Shown here piece after piece: positions 57,825 to 64,000 of a stretch of DNA of 64,000 bases. The position numbers and the translations under genes were made by a program. The notes beneath the pieces are model-generated. The model was not told where the DNA came from, ran no database searches, and saw nothing but the letters and a program-made list of their open reading frames with translations. How positions within the stretch are numbered: position 1 is the first letter of the stretch; every line of letters begins with the position of its first letter. The stretch is from Candidatus Campbellbacteria bacterium (GTDB lineage Bacteria > Patescibacteriota > Minisyncoccia > Phycocordibacterales > GCA-2747955): positions 19,013 to 83,012 of the forward strand of contig CAMZKW010000002.1 of assembly GCA_947311625.1 (NCBI GenBank), given 5' to 3'.

Positions 57825-58468
57825 TAGAAAAAAAAATGGAAAAATTAAAAGATATAAAAAATATTATTTTTGATTTTGATGGAGTGATTTGTGAGAGCCA
57901 GAAATATCATTTGAATAAATTAAATGAAGTTTTTAATTTGGGATTTACAATGGAAGAATATGCAGGAGCTCATCATGAAAATGCTAACGAGGTGATGTTA
58001 GTTCAAGAAAAATGAAAAAAGGTTGATTGGAATAAATATCACGAAAAAATTGAAAAAGATTTTCCTTTGAAAAAAATCAGACCAGAGGTTAAAAAAACTT
58101 TGCAAGAATTAGGTCAAAAATACAATTTGTTTATAATTTCTTCTGGTCATAATCAGCATATTATTGATTTTTTGAAAAATAATGAAGTTTGAACTTTATT
58201 TAAAAAATCTTTATTTTTAGAAGATGCAAAATTGAAAGTAGATAAATTTAAAATGTTAGAAAATGAGTTTGGAGTTAGTCCAAAAGACACAGTTTTTATT
58301 ACTGACACCATTGGAGATGTTAGGGAGGCAAGGGGTACTGGTTATAAAAATTTAATTGGAATCACAACCGGTCATCATGATGAAGAAATTTTAACCTCTG
58401 ATGATAATAAAGAAAATGGAGAAGTAAAAATTATTCATTCACTTAAAGAATTAGAAAAATTTTTATAA
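57812..58468 (+). CDS. HAD-superfamily hydrolase
   Basis: Motif I is IIFDFDGVI; motifs III/IV are ...ITDTIGDVREA. Merged at two TGAs. It overlaps the upstream gene by 13 nt. Confidence 0.7.
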
Positions 58469-58502
58469 AAAAAATACCAAATGGTATTTTTTTTACAAAA
58501 GA

Positions 58503-58700
58503 TTAAGCTTTTGTAACTTCTACAGCTGATGGTCCTTTTTCACCATCTACAACTTTAAAATTAAGTGCATCACCTTCTTTTAAAGCTTCAAAGTCTCCAT
58601 CAAATTCATTGATGTGGAAGAATAAATCTTTATCTTCTCCTTCTCTAGAAATAAATCCAAAACCTCTATCTGTAATTTTTGCTACTGTTCCTGTTTCCAT
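58503..58700 (-). CDS. cspA: Cold-shock protein (CspA family)
   Basis: METGTVAKITDRGFGFISREGEDKDLFFH carries the RNP1/RNP2 motifs. Confidence 0.9.
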   Translation of the reverse strand: METGTVAKITDRGFGFISREGEDKDLFFHINEFDGDFEALKEGDALNFKVVDGEKGPSAVEVTKA

Positions 58701-58844
58701 ATTTTTATGTAATTAGGTTGATAATTTATCAAAACCAAATTATATAAAAAAGTAAAAAACAAGTTTATAAATTCAATTCGATAAACAAAGTATAACACAT
58801 ATTTTATATAAATGGTAGGTTAATTATTTATAATTTTATTTTTT

Positions 58845-58853
58845 TGATATAAT
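58845..58853 (+). promoter_or_regulatory. Extended -10 TGATATAAT, 6 nt upstream of the tgt ATG
   Basis: Sequence match; the spacer is ATAAAA. Confidence 0.5.
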
Positions 58854-58859
58854 ATAAAA

Positions 58860-60140
58860 ATGATAAAAAAAAGAAAGGATTTTTTTAATTTTAAAATTGA
58901 AAAAAAATTAAGAGATAAAAATGGAAAAGAATTTTTGGGTAGAGTGGGTGGATTTGAAACTGCTCATGGAATAATTAAAACACCAGCCTTCGCCACTGTG
59001 GGAACTAAGGCAGCCATTAAAGGTTTGACCGTAGAGCAGTTGAAGGAAATTAACCCAGAAATTTTTCTTGCTAACACCTACCATCTGTTTTTAAATCCTG
59101 GTCCGGAAATTATTAAAAATCATGGAGGACTTCATAAATTTTCTCGCTGGGATGGACCAATCATGACCGACTCAGGAGGTTTTCAAGCCTTTTCTCTAGG
59201 GGCTGCTTTTGGAAAAAATATTTCTAAAATTGCCAAAGATGACACTGATTTTATTCAGACTAAAAAAAATGAAAACAAAACCGGATTTGCTAAAATAACA
59301 GAAGATGGGGTGGCTTTTAGGAATTACAAAACAGGGGAGAAACTATTTTTCTCACCGGAAAAATCAATGCAAATTCAACAGGATTTAGGAGCAGATATCG
59401 CATTTGCTTTTGATGAGTGTACTTCGCCTCAAGCAACCTATGAATACCAAAAAGAAGCCATGGAGAGAACTCACCGTTGAGCTATTCGTTCTTTGGAAGA
59501 GCATCAGAAATGAGAAAAAAAGAAGGAAAGTTTTTTGGAAAAAATAAAAAACAAAATTCAAAAAAATGAAGTTTATCCCCAGGCACTTTTTGGAATTGTT
59601 CAAGGTGGTAGATATGAAGATTTAAGAAAAGAATCAGCAGAATTTATTGGAAGTTTAGATTTTGATGGATTTGGAATTGGTGGTTCTTTTGATAAGGATG
59701 ATATGGATAAGGCCGTAAGAGTCGTCAATGAAAAACTACCAGAAAATAAACCAAGACATCTTTTGGGAATTGGTGAACCCATTGATTTATTTATGGGTGT
59801 GGAAAATGGAGTAGATTTTTTTGACTGTGTTGCTCCAACTAGAATGGCAAGACACGGAGCACTTCATACAGAAAATGGAAGGTTGAATATAAAAAATGCT
59901 CAGTATAAAAATGATATGAAACCCATTGATGAAAAATGTCAGTGTTATACCTGTCAAAATTATACTCGTTCATATGTAAATCATTTAATTAGGGAAGGGG
60001 AGATGTTAGGTATGACTTTAACTTCAATTCATAATTTATATTTTATTGTAAATTTGGTTAAAAGAATAAGACAAAGTATTTTGGAAGATAATTTTTTTGA
60101 GTTTAAGGAAGAATTTTTGAAAAATTATTATAAAAAATAG
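58860..60140 (+). CDS. tgt: Queuine tRNA-ribosyltransferase
   Basis: Family blocks are TPAFATVGT, ANTYHL, MTDSGGFQ, FAFDEC, GIVQGG, GFGIGG and the zinc site CQCYTCQNYTRSYVNHL. Two pieces are joined via TGA 59478 and 59511. Confidence 0.93.
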
Positions 60141-60174
60141 TTTTTTTCTTTTTTAATTTTGTTATAATAAAAAA

Positions 60175-60657
60175 ATGAAAGTATTAGCAATTGACCCAGG
60201 TTATGAAAGGCTTGGAGTGGCGGTTATTGAGAAAGAAAACGGAAAAGAAAAATTAATTTTTTCTGATACATTTAAAACATCAAAGGAAGATAAATTTATA
60301 GATAGAATGTTTCAAATAGGGCGGGAAGTAGAAAAAGTGATTGAAAAATATCATCCAGAGTTTTTTTCCATTGAAAAATTATTTTTTAATAATAATCAGA
60401 AAACTGCAACAAATGTTTCAGAGGTGAGAGGTTCTTTAATCTACATTGCTCTAAAAAATAAAATGAAGGTTTGCGAATATACTCCTTTACAAATTAAAGC
60501 TGCAGTTACAGGGCAAGGTAGGGCAGATAAAAAGCAGGTAATGTTTATGATAGACAGACTTATTAAAATTGAAAAAGAAATTGAATATGATGATGAATAT
60601 GATGCCATAGCCTGTGGTTTAACTTTTTTTGCAACATACAGAGAAAATAATTTATAA
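60175..60657 (+). CDS. ruvC: Crossover junction endodeoxyribonuclease RuvC
   Basis: MKVLAIDPGYERLGVAV..., FSIEKLFF and DEYDAIACGL are present. TGTTATAAT (60160-60168) lies 6 nt upstream of the ATG. Confidence 0.88.
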   Translation: MKVLAIDPGYERLGVAVIEKENGKEKLIFSDTFKTSKEDKFIDRMFQIGREVEKVIEKYHPEFFSIEKLFFNNNQKTATNVSEVRGSLIYIALKNKMKVCEYTPLQIKAAVTGQGRADKKQVMFMIDRLIKIEKEIEYDDEYDAIACGLTFFATYRENNL

Positions 60658-60692
60658 TATTATTTTGAAATTTTTTCTGTTTTTTTAAAAAA

Positions 60693-60713
60693 GTGGCGCG
60701 CGGAGCGCGCCAC
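60693..60713. terminator. GC hairpin GTGGCGCGC-GGA-GCGCGCCAC (family 2; reverse complement of 25261-25281)
   Basis: Lies between convergent ruvC and rnr. A T run follows on the minus strand. Confidence 0.8.
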
Positions 60714-60725
60714 CACAATACAATT

Positions 60726-62738
60726 TTATTTAACCCCTTTTTTAAATTTTTCAGATGATTTTTTAGATTCTAATTTTCCAGTGTATTTTAAATCAATGGC
60801 TTTCATATTTAAATCAACTTTTTCAACTTCCGTTGTTATTCTATCCCCAAGTCTAAAAACTTTTCCAGTTCTTTCTCCAACTAAAGTCATATCTTTTTCA
60901 TTATATTTAAAGTAATCATCACCAATGCTTCTTGCAGGTATTAATCCTTGAGCCATATTTTCAGTATTTTCCACAAAGATACCAAATTTTTTAATTCCAG
61001 AAATAACTCCATTAAATTTTTCTCCAATTCTTACGGAATAATATTGAGCAAATTTAAATGCAATAGATGCTCGTTCTGCATCAACGGCTTTAACTTCCAT
61101 TTCCGAAGAATGTTTTGCATCGGAAGCAATTTGTTTTAATTCAGATTGAGGAATAATTTCGCCTTTTAAATATCTCCTTAGAAGTCTGTGGGCCACAAAA
61201 TCTGGATATCTTCTAATGGGTGAAGTAAAATGAGAATAGTAATCAAATGCTAAACCAAAATGCCCTCTGGCTTCAGTTGAATATTTTGCTTTTTCCATGG
61301 ACCTTAAAAGGGTTAGTGAAATAATACCTTCCTCATCAGTTCCTTTGTATTTTTCCATGGCTGAATTTATCTCTCGAGCATTCATAGAGCCATCATGGTT
61401 TAAATCAACATCATAGCCAACTTTTTTAAGAAATTCGATGGATTCATGCATTTTATCCTGTTTTGGTTTATCGTGAATTCTATAGATAAAAGGATTTTTT
61501 GTTTTTAAACCTGCTTTTAATGATGCTCTCATGGAGACCCTTTTATTATCTAAAAGCATAAATTCCTCAATAAGTTCCATGGTTCTCACATGAGGTTTTA
61601 CATAAATTTCCGTTGGAAATTTATCTTTATCTAGTTTGAATCTAACCTCCTTTGAGTTAAATTTTATGGAACCATTTTTATATCTTTTTTCTTCAAGTTT
61701 GTCTGCCATGTCCAGAAGAATTTTTAAATCATTGTACATGTCTCCAAAACCATCATCGAGAGTTTTTTGAGCCTGCATATAGTCATATCTTTTTTTAGAT
61801 ATAATAACAGCATCACCAAATCATTCATCAACAACTTCACCATCGGGTGTCATTTCAAAAAGTGATGAGAAGGTTAATTTTTCTTCATTGGCATTTAGAG
61901 AACATAAATCATTTGATAAAACCTCGGGAAGCATTGGTATTGTTCTATCAACTAAATAAATAGAGGTAGCTCTTTCTTTAGCTTCTTTATCGATTACAGA
62001 ACCTGGCTTCACAAAAAATGAAGGGTCGGCAATATGCACTCCAATTTCAATATTTCCATTTTCTAACTTTCTAGCTGAAAGGGCATCATCAAAATCTTTA
62101 GCATCGGAAGGATCAATGGTAAAAACATTTAAATGAGTTAAATCTCGTCTAATTTTTTTTTGCTCCTCGATCATTTTTACAGAATCTTTTTTTAGTTTTG
62201 CTGCTGCTTCTTCAACTTCATGGGGAAATCCCATAACCAAACCTCTATCATATACTGCCGCTGCCATTTCAGTTTCATTGTCTCCAACTTTTCCTAAAAC
62301 TTTTTGGATAATAACTTTAGCTGGATGTTGGGCATTTTTTCATTTATCTAATTTTATTACAATTTTTTGACCCTTTAAATTTTTGAATTTATCAAAGTTT
62401 GTTATTTCAACTTCAGGATAAAAACGAGAATTATCGGGAATAAATTTTAATTCTTTAATCTTTTTTGCACCATTATCTCCTTTTTTTGGTTTAATTGATT
62501 TTTCAACTTCATCAATTCTTCCAACAAATATCATTTTATTTCTTTTTGTGATTTTTAAAACAACACCAGTTTCTTCTTTTCATTTATTTTTTCCAGTAAT
62601 GGAAATTTCAACCGTATCTCTATCGAGAGCTTTATTTAAATCTTTTTTATCTATATTTACAAAGGAACCATCAGCTTTTTCAAAAAAACCATTTCCTTTT
62701 GCATTTGTTCTAATTGAACCAGTTAATGTTTTAGTCAT
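60726..62738 (-). CDS. rnr: Ribonuclease R (RNB family 3'-5' exoribonuclease with C-terminal S1 domain)
   Basis: The RNB domain carries FTIDPSDAKDFDDALS, YLVDRTIPMLPE, HFGLAFDYYSHFTSPIRRYPD and S1-like FNGVISGIKKFGIFVE. The pieces are in one frame. ATG at 62738, with TGTTATAAT (62753-62745) 6 nt upstream. Confidence 0.92.
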
Positions 62739-62806
62739 AAAATTATTATAACATTTTGAATGATAAAAACCGAAAATATTTTTTTAAATTTTAGTTTTTT
62801 ATTAGA

Positions 62807-62829
62807 GGGTGGCGGCTACGCCGCCACCC
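62807..62829. terminator. GC hairpin GGGTGGCGGC-TAC-GCCGCCACCC (family 3)
   Basis: Identical to 47129-47151. Confidence 0.75.
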
Positions 62830-62880
62830 AAAAATAATAAATAAATTTTTTCAAAAAAAAAGTAAGTAAAGCCAAAGGCT

Positions 62881-63057
62881 TTACTTAAGATATTTAGTTA
62901 TAAAACTAAATACTTTTTTAATATTTTTAAGATTAACTTTGACGATAAGATCTCTTGCAAGATCCCTTACATGAGAATTGTAATGGTCCTGAAACCTTAC
63001 AATGCTTTCGTAATCCAGTTTTCCCACTGGGATTTTCAAAGTGATATCTCTTGCCAT
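62881..63057 (-). CDS. Possible 58-aa ORF in a GC-enriched, highly self-complementary island (alternatively an ncRNA)
   Basis: ATG at 63057 preceded by AAGGAG (only 1 nt of spacing). It encodes MARDITLKIPVGKLDYESIVRFQDHYNSHVRDLARDLIVKVNLKNIKKVFSFITKYLK, with TAA at 62883-62881. It is below the ORF-track length cutoff. Confidence 0.3.
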   Translation of the reverse strand: MARDITLKIPVGKLDYESIVRFQDHYNSHVRDLARDLIVKVNLKNIKKVFSFITKYLK

Positions 63058-63399
63058 ACTCCTTATCTTAGAACAAGAAGAATTTTGAAACTCAAAAAGA
63101 GTTTCAAAGCCATATCTCTCCGGTGAAGAAAGAAACTCTCTTTATTCTTTTTTTAAATCTAAAAAAAATATATCCTTTAATATTTTCCATTTTGTCTCCG
63201 TAGACATTTTAATTTAACTCAGAAGATTTTAAAAAATCTCCACATTTTTTCCGTCTCTTACAACAACTCCAAAATTTTTTAAGATAAATATTTAATAAAA
63301 TATTCACCTTAAAAAGCTAGTCTAAGTATATTTAACCATTTTATTGATAAAAAGTCAGACTATTTTTTAATATTTTGTGGATAATTTGATTTTAGAAAA

Positions 63400-63420
63400 G
63401 GACGGCGCGTAGTGCCGTCC
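63400..63420. terminator. GC hairpin GGACGGC-GCGTAGT-GCCGTCC, 3' of topA
   Basis: 7-bp stem. T/A runs flank it, 14 nt from the topA stop. Confidence 0.7.
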
Positions 63421-63433
63421 TTTTAAATCATTT

Positions 63434-64000
63434 TTATTTTTTATCTACAACCCCATATTCTTTTTTTTCTTCATCGGAAAGCTTGTCCGGTCTATGCATG
63501 GGACAAGTTTTTACGGAACATCTTTCGGGAATTGTTTTTGTACCTTCCATCATTAACTTCCCACAAATGGGACATTTTTTTCCAGTGGGTTTAGTCTTTA
63601 TAGCATTTTTACAATCTGGGTAATTGGAGCAAGAATAAAATTCTCCAAATCGACCCTGTCTTTTTGTCATCATACCATCAGCACAATCAGTGCATTTAAT
63701 TCCAGTGGAATTTAATTTTTTCTGTTCTTCAGATTCTTCAATATATTTACAAGTGGGATATCGAGAACAGGAAATAAATTTTCCAAATTTTCCATCTCTT
63801 TCAACTAGAACTCCTAACTTTAAGTCTTTTTCTTTAAATTCAGGAATTTCTTTTCCAGCAGCATCTGCTTTTGCTTTTTTAATTTCTCATTTTTCTCTTC
63901 TATCTTTTTCCTTTTGAATTTTTTCCAAACCTTTTTCAGATTCTGCTCCACATTTTGGACAAGTTTTTCCTATCTCCTTTGGACCTTCTAACTCTTTTCC
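63434..64000 (-). CDS. topA: DNA topoisomerase I, C-terminal zinc-ribbon region (partial; continues beyond the right edge)
   Basis: Repeated C4 topoisomerase zinc-finger modules are present: GRFGEFYSCSNYPDCKN, GKFGKFISCSRYPTCKY and CPKCG... These are interrupted only by TGA. Confidence 0.85.

Noticed and set aside
62930-63200. RNase P RNA, tmRNA, SRP RNA or 6S RNA in the structured island.
   Set aside because: I could not find the universal cores: GAGGAAAGUCC and ACAGAA for RNase P, a tRNA-like GGGG...UUCGA...CCACCA end for tmRNA, or the GGAA/AGCAG SRP domain IV motif. It is left as unclassified.

Overview
This is a 64-kb chromosomal window from a very AT-rich genome (roughly 25-30% GC by eye) that appears reduced. 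The supplied ORF track is fragmented because TGA is a sense codon here. Almost every long gene is broken only at in-frame TGA. Where I can align conserved motifs from memory, those TGAs fall on Trp or aromatic positions, which fits a table-4-like code, not table 25. I therefore merged ORF pieces across TGA and hand-checked the large merges for TAA/TAG. Merged boundaries are my own translations; starts may be off by a few codons and RNA ends by about 20 nt.

Core content:
- A 23S-5S rRNA unit with no 16S anywhere in the window. The 23S carries a 472-nt ORF-less group I intron.
- Four tRNAs: Leu-UAG, Glu-CUC, Arg-UCU and Ser-GGA.
- Housekeeping genes: lepA, recG, rnhA, rpsP, rplS, rpsT, lysS, gpmI, rel/spoT, gdh, secD, secF, dprA, cspA, tgt, ruvC, rnr and partial topA.

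Accessory or unusual content:
- An IS200-like/RAYT Y1 transposase bracketed by two 65-nt hairpins.
- Several families of near-identical GC-rich hairpins at gene ends.
- A co-directional four-gene cell-surface cluster: a TSP3-repeat membrane protein, an 1181-aa cadherin-like giant protein, a 163-aa protein, and a tail-fibre-like protein with a C-terminal S74-type chaperone domain.
- A 921-aa polytopic membrane plus coiled-coil protein.
- A BcgI-like (Type IIB) restriction-modification pair bounded by perfect 39-bp direct repeats, next to a tRNA-Glu locus with duplicated tRNA fragments.
- Decayed base-excision-repair genes: two alkD copies and an ung remnant.
- A pervasive 'extended -10, then 6-7 nt, then ATG' arrangement that implies leaderless mRNAs.

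I saw no CRISPR array, integrase, prophage structural module or 16S rRNA. All family assignments come from motif recognition, not from database searches.
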